Part shown: piece by piece, positions 25,252-38,924 of the stretch
Layout: each line of letters starts with the position of its first letter
How positions within the stretch are numbered: the first letter of the stretch is position 1
NCBI GenBank assembly: GCA_014905635.1
Contig: JABVCE010000005.1
Coordinates: 1,302,001 to 1,366,000, forward strand
Direction of reading: 5' to 3'
Origin: Scenedesmus sp. PABB004
Taxonomy: Eukaryota
Length of the DNA stretch: 64,000 nt
Program-made: the position numbers and the translations under genes
Notes under the pieces: model-generated
Told to the model about the DNA's origin: nothing
Databases searched by the model: none
The model's input: only the letters and a program-made list of their open reading frames with translations

Positions 25252-28118
25252 TCAGCTCGGCTTGTGCCACGCGACGGCGGTGGTGTCGAGGGGCGCGAAG
25301 TGGGTGCAGCGCTCAAACAGCGCGTCGGTGCCGATGCGGCTCGTGTCGACAAACACGTCGGCCAGCCGCGCGTGGCCCAGCAGCACGCGGTACTCCCTGG
25401 CGCGAGCGGCGGCGCGCGGGCGCGGCGCGGCGGGTGAGGCGGGGTGAGGCGGCGGGGCGAGGGTCGCGGGCCGTTGCGACCGCACGGCCCGCCCTCGGCG
25501 CAGCCGCGCGCCGCTCGCTGTCCGCCGCCGGCGCGCGCGTGCGGCGCGCGCCCAGCCTTGCGCGCGTGCGGCGCGCGCCGAGCCCCGCCCCGCGCGGCCG
25601 CGCACCGCAGGTACACGCTGAAGGTGCTCGACCCGAGGCCGACAAAGTTGTCGGCGTTGGCGAGGACGAGGAAGTCGATGAGCGCCTCCTGCTCGGGGTT
25701 GAGCGCCCCGAGCAGGTCGGGCGGCAGGTACTTTTCCTTGTACTGCACGCTGCGGGCGTGGGGGTCGAGGAACCTGAGCATGTCGGTCATCTCGGTGCTC
25801 GCGTTGTAGCTGAGCAGCCCCGACGCGATGTAGAGGTCGGAGCGGCGGCTGAAGCCGGCCGCGCCGAACGAGCGCGCGTACTCGGCGAGGTACTTTTTGA
25901 TGCCGCCCAGGATGCGCGCCCAGTCGACCGCGTCCTTCTCGAGGCTGGACGCCGGCGGCGGCGCGGGCGCGGGCGGCGCGCGGGGCGCGTGTGGGCGGGG
26001 GCGCGCGGGGCACGGGGCACCGCTTGGCTGGCAGCGCGCCGCGCAGCTGCTCCCCGCGCAGCTGCCGTCGCCCGCGCGCAGCCGCCGCCGCCGCCGCCGC
26101 CGCGGCCGCCGCGGCCCCTCCCCGCTCACCGCAGGTGCGCGCCGTTGTAGCGCGGCACGCCGGCGGCCTTCATGCCCGCGATGACGCGCCGCGCCGCTGC
26201 GACGAGCGTGGCGTTGAACTTGAGCGCCGTCGCCGCCTCCTGCGCGGCCTCCATGCAGGTGAGGGTCATGATGGACAGGAAGGGGCAGGGCAGGTCGAGC
26301 ACGACGGTCGTGTTGGGCGGGTGCCCCGCCGCGACGAGGGCCTTGTGCTTGGCCAGGATCGCCTCCGCCGCGCGGTCCCAGATGTACCAGATGTGCATCG
26401 ACTGCAGGTACGTGTCGCCCAGCCGCACGACCTGCTCCGGGCGCACGCCCGGCTGCGCGTAGCGCGGGAACGCGTCCTGCGGGTGCATGCAGTCCGGGAA
26501 GCTCTCGTACGGCGCGGTGCGCAGCACGCGCATGCCTGCGGCGGCGCGCGCGGGCGGGCGCGGGCGGGGCGTGCGCGGCGGCGTCGGCGGCGGCGGCGCG
26601 CGGCGGGCGGCGGGCGGCGGCGCTGCAGTCGCGGGCGGCGGCGCCCCCCTTCCCCCTATTGCTGCGCGCGCGCCCGCTGCCGCGCACGCATGCTGCCCGC
26701 CGCCGCTGCCGCGCTCCCCCACGCGGCCGGCGCCGCGGCCCGCCCCCGGTCACCGCCGCCGGCGCGGCGCGCACCCTTCTTGGCGTAGTGCGCCTGTATC
26801 GCGTCGACGTCGAGCAGCGCGCCCGTGTCGGCGGGCGTCCACTTGACCTCGTTCTTCTTGAGGTCCATGCTGAAGTACTTGCTGAAGCTCTCGCGGTACA
26901 CGCTCGGCGGCAGCATCACGTCCGCGCCGAGGTAGTCCGCGAGGACGAGCGCGTTGAGGTGGGCGTACATCTGGTTGAACAGCCCCTGGCACGCCGTGTA
27001 GCGCAGCAGGATGGGGATGCGCGCGTACGAGCGGTGCTCGCGCTCGCCCTTGTTCGCGTAGTGCCACGCCGCGGCGGGCTTGGTGCGGATGTTGCCGCTG
27101 CGCAGGTCGGGGTAGCGCAGGAGGTAGGCTTTCCAGTCAAAGTCGGCCGGCTCCGCAGGCCCGCCGCCCCCGCCCGCGCCCGCTGCTGCTGCTGCTCCGC
27201 CGCCGCCGGCCGCCGCTGCTGCCGCCGCCGCCGCTGCGGCGGCCGCGCCGCCGCCGGCGCCGCCGGGCGGCTGTATTAGCAGCTGCTGCTGCGTCTGCGG
27301 CAGCGTGCGGCCCGCAAGGCCTGCGGCGGTGCGGCCGGGGGCAGGAGGAAGCGCGTCAGCGGCGCGCTGCCGCGGTGCGGGCGCGCGGGGTGCAGGGGGC
27401 GACGGACGGCCCGCGCTGCGCTGCTGCTGTGCGCCCGCCGCGACGTGCCCGCCGCCGGCGCTGCCGCCGCCGCGCGGCTCAGCCCGCGCGTCCGCCCCCG
27501 GGATCGGGGCACCGGAGCAGCCCAGGGCCCGGCCGCGGCGACGGCGCCCGGGCGAGCAACGCCGGGCGCGCGCGCAGCAGCGCCGGTGGGCGGCGCCGCG
27601 GGGCCGCCAGCGCCGTCGCCATGGCCCCGCTGCCTTTAGGCGAAGCCCTCGGGCCCGCTGCCGGCCGCCCATGCGACGGCCGGGCGGGCCTTTCAACTGT
27701 TGCCATCTCCCGGCGCCTGCCGCGCGCCGCTGGCGCCGCCCCGCGGCCCGGCGCGCGCCCGGTGCGCCCGCGTGCCCCGGCGGCGCGCCCCACCTGCGCT
27801 GCCGGCGGTGTAGAGGCTGCGGCGGGACACCGACTCGCCGGGCTTGACGAGCACGCTGAGGCGCGTCGCGGCCGCGGAGCGCTCCAGCTGGTGCTGCGGG
27901 CTCAGCGAGAGCAGCCAGGCGGTCATGCAGCAGCCCGAGGCGAACACGATGGCGTAGAAGGCCGCCAGCTTGACCCGGCTTGGCGATGCGCGCTCCCCGC
28001 CCGGCCCGCCGGGGCCGTAGGCCGCGCCGTAGCTGCCCGGGCGCCGCAGATTGACGCTGCTGCTTCTCCGTATTTTCATGGAGCCGTTGAGGTGCGGCTG
28101 GCTCGTGCTTCGCTGCAT
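25252..28118 (-). CDS. Type II membrane O-fucosyltransferase-family glycosyltransferase
   Basis: N-terminal TM (LAAFYAIVFASGCCMTAWLLSL), GLFNQ, YNGAHLR/LEKD, LYIASG, ALIDFLVLANADNFVGLGSSTFS. Confidence 0.88.
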
Positions 28119-28795
28119 TTTTGGCGCGCGCCCGCCGCTGCGCCCGCCGCCCGCCGGCGCGCCGCCCACGACGCTGGGGCGGCACGGGGCGTCGACGGGC
28201 CGCGGCCTGCGGTCTGCGGGACGCCCCCAGCGCCCGCGAGTGCTCGCTGGCGCGCTCTGGCGGGCGCCCTGCGGTGCGCGCGCGGGCTGGCGCTGTGGCC
28301 CGGCGCTGTTTGGTCGGAGGTGTGGGGCCGCGCCGCGGCGGGGGTGGCGCGAGAGTGGCGGGCGAGGGCGGGCGGGGCTCGGGCGGGCGCGCGGTCTGGG
28401 GCGCAGGGCTCGAGGCGCGCCCCTGCGCTCACGACCAGCTCGGGGCCAGCTCCCGCGCAGCGGTTGCCGCGCCTCGCAGCGCCGCCGCCGGCCGGGCGCC
28501 GCGACCAGGCTGGCCGGCCGGCAGCAGCGGGCGGAGCCGGCCTCCGTTCGCGGCGCGGCTGGCCCGGTGGCTGGGGCCGCCCAGCGGGCCGGGCGGGAGC
28601 TGTGGGGCTGGCCGCAGCAGCTCCGGCGCCGCCGGCCGGCGTTCGACCGCGACACGGCTCCGGCGTCGCCATGCCGCGTTGGCGGTTGCAGGACTCGCGT
28701 GCGCGCACCCGCTCCCCTGCGCTCCCCGGGGCATGCAAGCTGCACCCCTGCCATGCACACGCGCTGGCGCGAGGCTCTGGCCCCGCGCCGCCAAG

Positions 28796-30408
28796 CTAGT
28801 CCGCGTCCTCGCTGCGCGCGCCCTGGCGGCTGCTCGCGCGGCTGCTGCTGGCCGCGAGCCGGCTGGCGCTGCCCTGCCGGCTCAGCGAGGCCGTGCTGAG
28901 GCTGGGAAAATCCTCCGCGGCGAGCGAAAACTCCGGCCCGCCGAGTGACCGGCCAGCGGCCGACGATGCGGAGCCCGCGCGCTGGTGGCCGGCGCGCGGG
29001 CTGCCGGCGGCGGCGCCCTGGGCGCGCCCGCGCGGCGCCTTGCCGGCGCCGGCGTCGCCCGGCGCATCGCCGTTCGGCTGCTGCTTGGGCGGCCGGCCGG
29101 CGGCGGCGCCGTCGACGCTGCCGCGCCGGCTGCTGCTGGCGCTGCCCGTGCTGCCCGGGGCGCGCGGCGGCGTGCCGCCGCCGGCCACGTGGCCGCCGTC
29201 CTGGCGTGGCGGCGGCGTGACGGCCGCCGCCCGCGCGGCGCACACGTCCGCGGCCGCGCCCTTGCTGGCCTTCGCGGCCGGCCGCCCGGCGCCGGCGCCA
29301 GGGCTGCTGTCCGCGCCCGCCCCGCCGGGCGCGTGCGGCTGCGTGGCCTGCGGCGGCGTCGCAGACTCGTCCCTGCTCGGCCGCTTGCCCGCCAGCCGGC
29401 GCGGCTTGCCGGCGCTGCTCAGGGCGGCGGCGATGGTCGCCGCAGCCGGGGCCGCGTGGCTGCCGCCGTCGCCGCCGCCGCCGCCGCCGCCGCCGTCTGA
29501 CGTGTGCCGCAGGGCCGACGGGCCCGGCTCGGGGTGCGGCGTGCTGAAGCTGCCGCTCGCGGCCGACATGGGGCTGTGCACGTGCTGGTGGTCCTCCACC
29601 GCGCGGTGCACCGCCTGCGTGAACAGCCGGCTCAGCCCCGCCGCGGCCACGCCTCCGGCGCGCGCGCGTCGCCGCTCGGGGGCGTCGCCGGCGCCGGGCT
29701 CGCCAGAGGCGGCCGCGCGCGGCGTGCCCGCGCCCGAGCTGCAGGCGCTGGAGCCGTGCGAGGCGCCGCCGCTGCCGTGCCGCAGGCGCGAGATCTGGGG
29801 CGGCGCGGCGTGCAGCGCGCCCACGGCGTCGCCGTCGGCGCCCTCGGGCAGGCTGCCGGCGCTGCCCGGGCGCGGCAGCTGCTGCGCCAGCTCGCCCGAG
29901 TCCAGGCGCCGGCTGCTGCGCTCGCGCTGCTGCCTGCTCTGCCGCTCGCGGTCCTCCTGCGCCGCCTGCACCAGGCTCACCACCGCCGCGACCGGCACGC
30001 GCGGGCGGACGGGCGTGCTGCCCGCGCCGTCCGCCGCGCCGTCCGCCGCGCCGCCGGCAGGCCAAGCCCCAGCTGCGCCCTGCCCGTCGGCGGCCGCGCC
30101 CAGCCGGCTGCCGCCGCGCTGCTGCCAGCCTGCGGCGGGCTGCTGCTGCCGGCGCGGCGACGACTCCTCGTCGCCCCAGGCGGCCCCGGGCTGCTGGGGA
30201 CCAGCAGCGTCGTGCGGCGCGGGCCTGCTGCCCCGCTGCTGCGGCTCAGGCAGGTAGACCCCAGTGCCCCGCCGCTGCGCGCCGCCCTCCGCCTCGGCCG
30301 GCTCGGCATGCTGCCCCGCCGTGGCCTTGGCGCCCGGCGCGGCCCGCGCGCCCGGGCCGCGGCCGCCGTCGCTGGGCCGTCGCCCGCTGCCATCGGCGGC
30401 GGCGCCGC

Positions 30409-30458
<50 letters not shown>

Positions 30459-31900
30459 CGGCGCGGCGGCGCGTGGGCGGCCATGTTCGGCATGCTGGCG
30501 CTGCGGTGGCCCTGCGCCGGCATGGGCTGGGCGCCCCGGCCGCCGGGCCCGCCCTGCTCGCGCGCGCCAGCCGCGACGCGCTGCAGCTGCTCGCGCTGGG
30601 CCGCGTCGGAACGGTAGGCCTGCTGCGTCGCGCCCAGGCTGCCGTGCCGGCCGCCAGCCGGGCCGCCCCCGCCGAGCGCCGCGGCGCTGCTGCCGCTGCG
30701 CGGCAGCTCCTGCTGCCCGCTGCGCTGCAGCTGCGCCACCGCCGCTGCGGCGGCGGCCGCCGCCGCAGCGGTGGCGACGCCCGCGGACTGCGTGCGCGTG
30801 AGTCCGCTGCCAGCGGCGCCGCCGCTCCCGTTGCCGCCGCTCCCGCCGAGGCCGCCGCCGCCCCGGGCGGGCCGGGGTGCATGCCAGCGGCAAACGCGGG
30901 CATCACGAGGCCCCAGGGCGCCATGAGGCCGCCGTGCGCCATCGCAAACGGCGCCGGGAAGGCCACCGGCGAGAAGCCGGCCAGCGGTGAGGCCAGGGGG
31001 TTGATCATCGGCGTGGCGAGCATCGGCTGCAGCATGTGGGGGCTCGACGTCAGCGGCGCCGCCGCCGGCCCCGCGTGCCCGCCGCCGCCGCCGGCGTGCA
31101 CGCCGAGGCCCGACAGGCCGGCGGCATACGCCGCCGCCGCCGCCGCTGCCGCTGCGCGCGGGCTCTGCGACGCGCTGCCGCCGCCGCCGCCGCCGCCGCG
31201 CTCGCCCGCGCCCTGCAGGCTGCCGCTGCTGCCGCGCCGCGAGTCGCCGCGGTCGCCGCCGCCGCGCTGGCCCCCCTGCGCCTGGCCAGCCGCCTGGCGC
31301 TGCATCGCGTACAGCGGATGCTGCACGCCTGGCGCCTCGTCGCCGCGGCCAGCCTCCTGCTGCTGCTGGTGCTGCTGCTGGTGCTGCTGCTCGCGCGCCG
31401 CGTGCTCGCGGCCGGCCGCCTGCGCCTGCGCCGCCGCGAGCTGCTGCGCCTGCGCCAGCGCCGCCTGCGCCTGCGCCATGCCGGGCCCGGGCAGGTAGCC
31501 GTACAGGCGCAGCAGGCTGGGGTCGAGCCAGGGCTGCACGCCGTGCAGCGCGCCGGCGCCGCCGTGCGGCATGACGCCCATGGCCGCCACCGTGTTGAAT
31601 GCGGCGGCCGCGTACGCCTGCTGCATACCCGCGCTCATGTGCGGCGCGCCCCCGGCGCCGCGGCCGTCCGCCGCGGGCAGGCTGCGCGCGGGCTCGAGGC
31701 CCGCGGGCGCGCCGCCGCCGCCGGGGCCGCCCGCCGGCATGCTGTGCTGGTGCAGCAGCGCGCCGGCGCCGCGCTGCTGCTGGGCGTCCGGCGCGCCGTA
31801 GCGCTCGCCCGCGCGCGCCCTGGCCGCCGCGCCCCTGCGCGGCGACGTCGCGGCGCCAGCCGGCTGCGCGTGCGCGGCAAACGCCGCCATCGCCGCGGCG

Positions 31901-31942
<42 letters not shown>

Positions 31943-34900
31943 CTCGGCATCGCCGCGGCTGGCTCGAGCCCCCCAGCGCTGCTGCTGGCGCTGCTGCTTG
32001 CGCCGCTGGCCCCGCCGCCAGCCGCGATGGCAGCGGCGGCGGCGGCGGCTGCTGCCAGCGGCGCGGGCCGCGCCATCGGTGCGTCGCCCTGGCTGCTCCG
32101 CCGCGCGCGCTGGCCGACGCCGCAGTCGCCGCCGCCGCCGCCGCCCTCCGGGCCAGCGCCGGGGCGCGCACCGCCGCCTGCCGCCGCGTGCAGCAGCTGC
32201 TGGCGCCCCGACAGCCGCGTGGGCGACGCGAGCGCGCCGTCGCTGAGGCGCGGCGTTGCGCCGCCGGGCGGAGCGTACGCCGACAGCACGACCTGCCCGG
32301 CCAGCCCCCGCTGCGCCGCCGGCGCTGCGCCCACCAGACCTGCGCCGGAGCCCGACACGCGCGGCGAGCCAGCCGCGCCGTGCTCGCCCCGTGCAGGCGA
32401 GCGCCGCCCCGGGGCGCCGGGGCTGGCGCCGCGGCTGCTTGAGCCGGGCCCGCCGCGGCCGCCGGCGGCGTCCGCGCTGGTGGCCAGCCCAGGGTGCTTG
32501 GGCGACTGGCAGCTGTAGGAGCGAACCATCGTGACGGCCACGGGCTGCTGCGCGGGCTGCTGGCCGTGCACCGGCAGCGTGGCCTGCTGGTGCAGGTGGA
32601 GCGCCATGGGGCCCGCCAGCAGCGGGCCGCTGCCGCCCATGATGGCGGTGGGCTCCAGCATGAAGTGCGGCCCGCTGCCGCCCAGGGCTGCCGTGGGCTC
32701 CAGCAGCAGGTGCGCCCCGCCCGCGGGCTCCAGCGGCAGCAGCTGCCACGCCAGCGGCGGCAGCGCGTGGTGGCCCGTGAAGGGCGAGGGGTGGTGGTGC
32801 AGCCCCTGCTGGCCGCCGACGTCCAGCTTTGGCGGCGGCGGCGGCGGCTGCTGGTGGCGCCCCTGCTGCTGCAGGCCGGCCTGGCTGTGACCGTGCCGGC
32901 CAGGGCCGTGCCCGCCACGGCCGCCGCTCACAGCGTTGGCCGCCAGCGGCCCGCCGCTGCTGTGCGACAGGCGGTGCGGGAAGCCCGGGCCGCCGCCGCC
33001 GCTGCCGCTGCCGCCGCTGCTGCTGCCGCGCACCGGCCCGAACGAGTAGCCCCAGCCGCTGCCGCTGCCGCCGCCGCCGTGCCGGGCGCCGCACGCGTGC
33101 TCGCCAGCGGGCGGCTCGACGTCGCCGAGCGGCGCGTCGTCGTCCACGCTGTGCAGGCTGCGCGTGCTGGGGGTGTAGATGTCATCTGTCAGCTCCATCT
33201 CAGCCAGGCCTGGCCCCGGCCGCCCCCGGCGGCGCTCGTGCGCGTCCAGCTCGTCCGTGTTGGTGCAGCTGCGCCGCGAATCGCGTCCGCTGCTCTCGCT
33301 GCTGCGGCTGCGGCTAGCGCTGCGGCTGCGCGGCCGCGCGCCGCCGCCCGCGCCGCCGCCTGCGCCGCCCAGCAGCTGCTGCCGTGCGCCGCCCGGCAGG
33401 CTGAACGACAGCTCCTCCGCAGCCGTGCCGGGCGCCCGCTCGTCGGCGGCAGCGCTGCTCACGCTGCTGCGCGCGCCGCCGCAGCTGGCGCCGCTGGCGG
33501 CGCTGGCAGCGCTGGCGCCGCCGCCGCTGCCGCGGCTCCCCGCCTGGAGCGCCTGCACCGGCGCTCCACCGCAGCTGCCGGCGGCGAACTGCGCGAGAGC
33601 GCCGCTGCCCTGCCGGTCCAGCGCAGCCCCCGGCGTGCTGGGCGTGCTCTCGAAGTGGGCGCTCTCGGCCGTGTCGTAGCTGCTGGCAGACAGGCGGGGC
33701 GAGTGCTGCGTGGCGCCGCTGGAGCCGCTCGCCGCGGGCCGCTGCCGCAGCTGCAGGACCGCCGCGTGCGGCAGCACCGCCGGCTCGCCTCCCCCGCTGG
33801 GCCCAGCCGCGGGCGCCGCGCCGCCTCCGCTGCTGTCGCGGGCAGCGCTCGCGGCTGTGCCGCCCTCGCCCATCGCTGCCCCGGGCTCGGCCGCCGCGTC
33901 GCGCTCAGCCGCCGCGTCGCCGGCCGCGCCGTCGCCCGCTGTGTTAGGCTCGGCGAGCGCCAGCTGCGGCAAGGGCAGCGCGGGGCTGCCCATGCCCGCC
34001 AGCGCGGGGCTGGCGAGGCGGGACACAAAGGGCGCGGCGGTGGCGGACAGCGGCGTGCGCGGCGTGGCGGCCCTGCAGGCCGCTGCCGAGGCCAGCGCCG
34101 CCGCCGACAGCGCGCCGGGCAGCACCGCTGCCTCCCAGGCGGGCGGCGCCGCCGCCGCCGCCATGGGCGTGCGGACGGGGCTGCCGCCGGGCCTGCCGGC
34201 GTCGCCCTCGGCCGGCGCCGCTGCGCCAGCCGCGTCCACAGGCCCGCCGCCAAGCGCCCGCTCCGCCGCGCCCTCTGCGTCCGCCGCGCCCTCCGCGTCC
34301 GCCGCGCCCGCGCTGGGGCTGGCGGGCGCGGTGCGGATGGGTGCGATGTGGCGCGGCACGCCCCGCACCCCGCCCGGCGCCTCGGGAGCAGCGGCGGCCT
34401 CCGCTGCCTCCTGCCGCGCGGGCGGCTGCGGCCGCTGCTGCGGCTGCTGCACCTGGTGCTCCGCGTCGCTGCTGCTGCGCCACGCCGGCGCGTCCGGGCC
34501 GGCCGAGGACGGCCTGCTGCTGCTGCTCGCTGGGCTCAGCACGCCGCCCAGCTCCCACCGCCCACACTGGCCGCTGCGCGCCGGGCTGAACAGCGCCGCC
34601 GCCGACCGCGGCGGGCTGAGCACGCCCGGGCTGAACGCGTCGCCGCTCGCCGCCGGCGAGCGCGACGGGTCAGTCGCTGACGTGCGGCGGTGGGGCGGCG
34701 TGTACTTAATGGCGCTCGGCGCCGGCGTGGCGGTCTTGGCCTGCGACTCCGGCAGCTGCTCGGCGGGCGGCGACTGCGGCTGCACCGCGGGCGCGTCCTG
34801 GTCCGACGTCGAGTCCTCGTCGGCGCCCGCTGGCGCAGCGTCGGCCGCGGCAGCCTTGCCTGCGCCCGCTGCCTCGAGCGGCGCGACGGCCGCGGCAGCC

Positions 34901-35063
34901 TTGCCGCTGGGCGCGGCCGAGCTCGGCTGCAGCACCACCGCTGGAAGTGGCGCCGGCTGCTGCTGCTGCTGCTGCTGCTGCTCCCTCGGGGGGCCATTGC
35001 TGGCCGCCTGCTGCTGCTCTTGCAGCAGGCGCAGCAGCTGCTGCTGCTGGAGCAACAGCAGCA

Positions 35064-35112
<49 letters not shown>

Positions 35113-36533
35113 CTGCTGCTGCGCCACCACCGCCGCGTCCGCGGCCGACGCTGCCCCCGCGCCGGCCGTGGCGCCCGGCGCCTGCACGTCCAGCAGCGCA
35201 AGCCCCGGCGGCACGCCGGGCGCGAACGGCAGCCCCAGCGCGCCGGCATGCAGGAAGGGCGGCGCCGGCGGCGCCTGGCCGGACATGTAGGTCTTGGCCA
35301 TGCGCAGGTTGTGCGTGAGCTGATCGAGGTCGGCGCACAGCACGTCCTCGCCGCCGCGCGCCGCAGAGTGCGGCTGCGTCTGCGCCTGCACCCCCGCCGC
35401 CGCAGCCGCGGCCGCCGCGGCCGCCGCCGCAGCGTACGCGCCCTGCTGCTGCATGAGCAGCTGCTGCTGCTGCTGCTGCTGCTGCTGCGCGCCCGTCGCC
35501 GCGAGCAAGCTGAGCAGCTGCGGGGTGAGCTGCTGGTTTGCGCCAGACAGCTGCACGCCGCGCGCCGCCGCCGCCGCCACGTCCGCGGCCTTGGCACTGA
35601 GGTTGCCGGTGCTGGCCCGTCGCTCGAGTGCACGCCCCGCTGCCGCGGCCGCCGGCGGCCGCGGCCGCACCTGCAGCACGGGCACGCTGGGCGCGCCGAG
35701 ACCGGCCGCCACGCCGCCCACGCCGCGGCCCTCGAGCTGCTGCAGCAGCGTGGGCGGAACGCTGGCGGAGCGCTGCAGGAGCGCCAGGTCGAGCCGCTGC
35801 CGCTGCCCGTAGAGCGCCGCAGCGGCGGAGCCTGGCCGCCCGAGCTCGGCTGCGTAGCGCACCAGCTGCTGCAGCAGCGCCAGGCGCTGAGGTGCCGTCT
35901 GCGCCTGCTGCGGCGCCGGCTGCGCCCGCAGCTGCGCCAGCTGCGCCTGCAGCTGCGGCGGCTGGCTCGGGCGAGCCACGCCCGCGTCGCCCACGGCTGC
36001 GAGCGCCTGCTTGATGCGGTTGAAGTCCACCGCGCCCGCGGCCGCCGAGAGCTCCGGCTCCTCCAGCAGCAGCGCCAGCTCCTGCTGCTCGCCGGCGTCC
36101 AGCGCCAGCAGCGCCGCCTCGCCGACGTCCGCCAGCGCCGCCGCCTGCTCCGGCTGCGCCACAATCAAGCGGCCGGGGCCGTTGGCGGCGCCGACGCCGG
36201 CGCCGGCCGGTGACGCAGGCTCCAGCGCACGCGCCGCCTGCCCCGGCAGCGTCCGCGGGTCGGCTGCCTTGCCGCCGCTCGGCGTTGCAACGGCTGCTGG
36301 CGGCGCCGGCTCCAGCTCCAACGGCTGCTCCCCCGGCTGCTGCTGCTGCGGCGGCTGGCGCTCGCCCCCGGCGGGCAAGGTGTCCGCCGGCAGGCCCAGA
36401 TACAGCGCCAGCACCGGCACCTGCTGCTCCGGCGGGGCCGCGAGGAGCTCTTCCACGCTGAGCCCCACGCTAGCGGCAGCCTCCAGCAGCATGCTGCCCA
36501 GGCTGTCGTGCAGCAGCAGCTGCTGCTGCTGCT

Positions 36534-36571
<38 letters not shown>

Positions 36572-38579
36572 GCCAGTGCAGCACGCACACGTGCGCCAAG
36601 GCTGCTGCCGTCGCCAGCGGCGGCGGCGGCTGCAGCCGGCTGCTGCTGCGGCGCGCCCTTGCTCCCCTGCTGCAGCTGCTCCTGCTGCCGCGCTGCCAGC
36701 TGCAGCTGCACCTGCAGCTGCTGTAGCTGCTGCAGCTGGAGCTGCTGCAGCGGCCCCTGCAGCTGCAGGTGCGCCGGCAGCCGCGCCATGAGCTCCAGCG
36801 GCGTCAGCACGTGCTCCGGCTGCTGCTGCTGCTGCTGCGGCGGCGCCGCCGCCGCCGGCTGTGCCACGAGCTCCTGCTGCGGGCTGTGATGGCGCAGCGC
36901 CGCGTGGGTGTTGCGGAAGAGGCGGCGCACGCCCTCGACCGCGGCGGCGCCGTCCTTGGCCGCCACGCCGCGCAGCAGCGCGGCGCCGTGGCCAAACGCG
37001 CGGCGGATACGCGCGAAGCTGCTGCGCACGACGCTGCGGCCGAGGTTGTTGGTGGGCAGCAGCGGGTCCATGATGTTGAGGCAGCGCAGCACAAACGCGC
37101 GGGGCGCGCTCTCGCCCTTGCTGCTCGCCATCTCCGCCTGGAAGCGGCCCAGCGCCTCGGCCAGCCGGCCGTCGCGCTCGAGCAGGCTGTCGCGCGGCGC
37201 CAGCGCCGGCTCCACAGCGGCTGCGCGCGGCGCGGGCGCGGCGCGGCGGCGGCGTGGGCGGCGGGCGGCGGGCGGCGGCTGCGGCGGCTGCGGCGGCCGG
37301 CGGGCGCGGGCGCGCACCGCTCGCGCCGGGCAGGTCCTTCAGCGGCACCGGGCCCGTGAGGCTCAGGCAGTAGCGGTCCCAGTCAAACGTGCTGAACTCG
37401 GCCAGGAAGTTGTACAGCACCTGGCGACGCGCCCGACGCAGCAGCGGCGGCGCGGCGCGGTGGGCGCAGCGCCGCGCGGCGGGGCGGGGCCGGCAGGGCG
37501 GGCGGGGCGGGCGGGGCCCGCGCGCGGCGCGCCGCGCCGCGGCGCGGCCGCACCGCGAGGGGGCTGTCGCTGGCGCGGTGGTGCTTGTTGATCACGTACA
37601 GCACGAGCGTCTCCAGCGCGTAAGTGGAGATGAGCCCGTGGTGCGCGCCGAGCAGGCGGGCCTCGTAGTAGCACCACGCCTTGACCAGGATGATGGCGCG
37701 CTTGAAGACGTGGGACCGCCCGATCAGCGTGTTGATCTCCTCCAGGAAGTTCAGCGTGACGAGGCCGCCCATCTGGTTGAAGCTGATGTCCACCACGATG
37801 CCGTCCACCAGGCACTTGAGCAGCTTCACCTGCGCGCGCAGCGCGCAGCGGGCCGGGCACTCGGCGGCGGCGGCGGCAGCGGCGGCGCGGCGAGCGCGCC
37901 GCGCGCCGCGCGAGCCCCCGCCGCGCGCGCCCGCGCGGCCGCCGCGCCTCGGCGTTGATGATCGTCACGTCGCCGATGTGGTACGGCGCCGCGCCGCCGG
38001 CCTGCTCCGCCTCGAGCACGCCCTGCAGCTTGAGCGCCCAGCTGTCGCGCACCGCGGCCGCGACGTCGGCGGCGCAGAACACCGACAGGTCGATGTCGCC
38101 GTCCGGCAGGTACGTGCGCAGCGGCACGCTGCCAAACATGTAGGCGTTGACCTGCCGGCGCGGCGGCGGCGCGCGGGCCGCCGCGGTCGGCGGCGGCGCA
38201 GCGAGCAGCAGCAGCGGCGGCGCGCGCGCCGCCGCGCCGCGGCGCCGCCGCGCCGCGGCGCCGGACGGGCGCCGGCGAGGAGCTTCGTGCTGCCCTCATG
38301 CGCGCGCCCCGCGCGGCACCGGCCGCGGGCAGCGGCCCGATGCGCGGCAGGGGCCGCAGCAGCACGGGCCCCATCAGCCTGGCGTCCGCTGCGGCCGCCC
38401 AGCGCGCGGCGCACCTGGTCGGGCGCAAAGCTGCGCGTGATGAGGGAGCGCACATACTCCTGGACGCCCTGCCGGCGCTCGACGGACGCGCGAGTCGGCT
38501 TGAGCGCCTCGATGAGCGCCTCCGCCTCCGCGACGCTCGCTGCCGAGAAGGCCGGCGGGCCCGCCACCCCACCGGCCAT
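28796..38579 (-). CDS. Non-canonical poly(A) polymerase-type nucleotidyltransferase (PAP/OAS1 substrate-binding-related) with a very long low-complexity C-terminus
   Basis: FGSVPLRTYLPDGDIDLSVF, VKLLKCLVDGIVVDISFNQ, KAWCYYEARLLGAHHGLISTYALETL, LNIMDPLLPTNNLGRSV; final exon about 8.4 kb with apparent frameshift near 30862. Confidence 0.9.
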
Positions 38580-38924
38580 GGCGTGGCTCAACGGGCCGGA
38601 TGCTGCGGGGCCGCGAACTGGCGGGGACCAGCCATCAAAGCTCGCTGCTGCTCCACTCCACACTGCCACGCACACAGCGGCCGCCCGCCCGATCGCTGTG
38701 GCGAGGGAGGCGGGCGCCGGCAACCGGAGACGCCGGCTGGCAGCCGCGCCGCCGTCGTTTGCGCTTCTGCGCTGCGCTGCGCGGCCGCGCCGTCGAGACG
38801 CCGCCCATGGGGCGCTCCGCAGCTCAGCTCTCGCCCCCACTCGCTCGTCCGCCCTGCCAGCGCGCGCCGCGACCAGCGGCACCAGCAGCAGCAGCAGGGG
38901 CGGCGCCGGCGGCAGCGGCGGCGC

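Noticed and set aside
30855..30870. Apparent frameshifts here, near 20231 (HIRIP3-like) and near 4070-4090 (eIF4B-like) as programmed frameshifting or pseudogenes
   Set aside because: All lie in G/C runs with intact coding on both sides; assembly indels are the simpler explanation, and raw reads would decide
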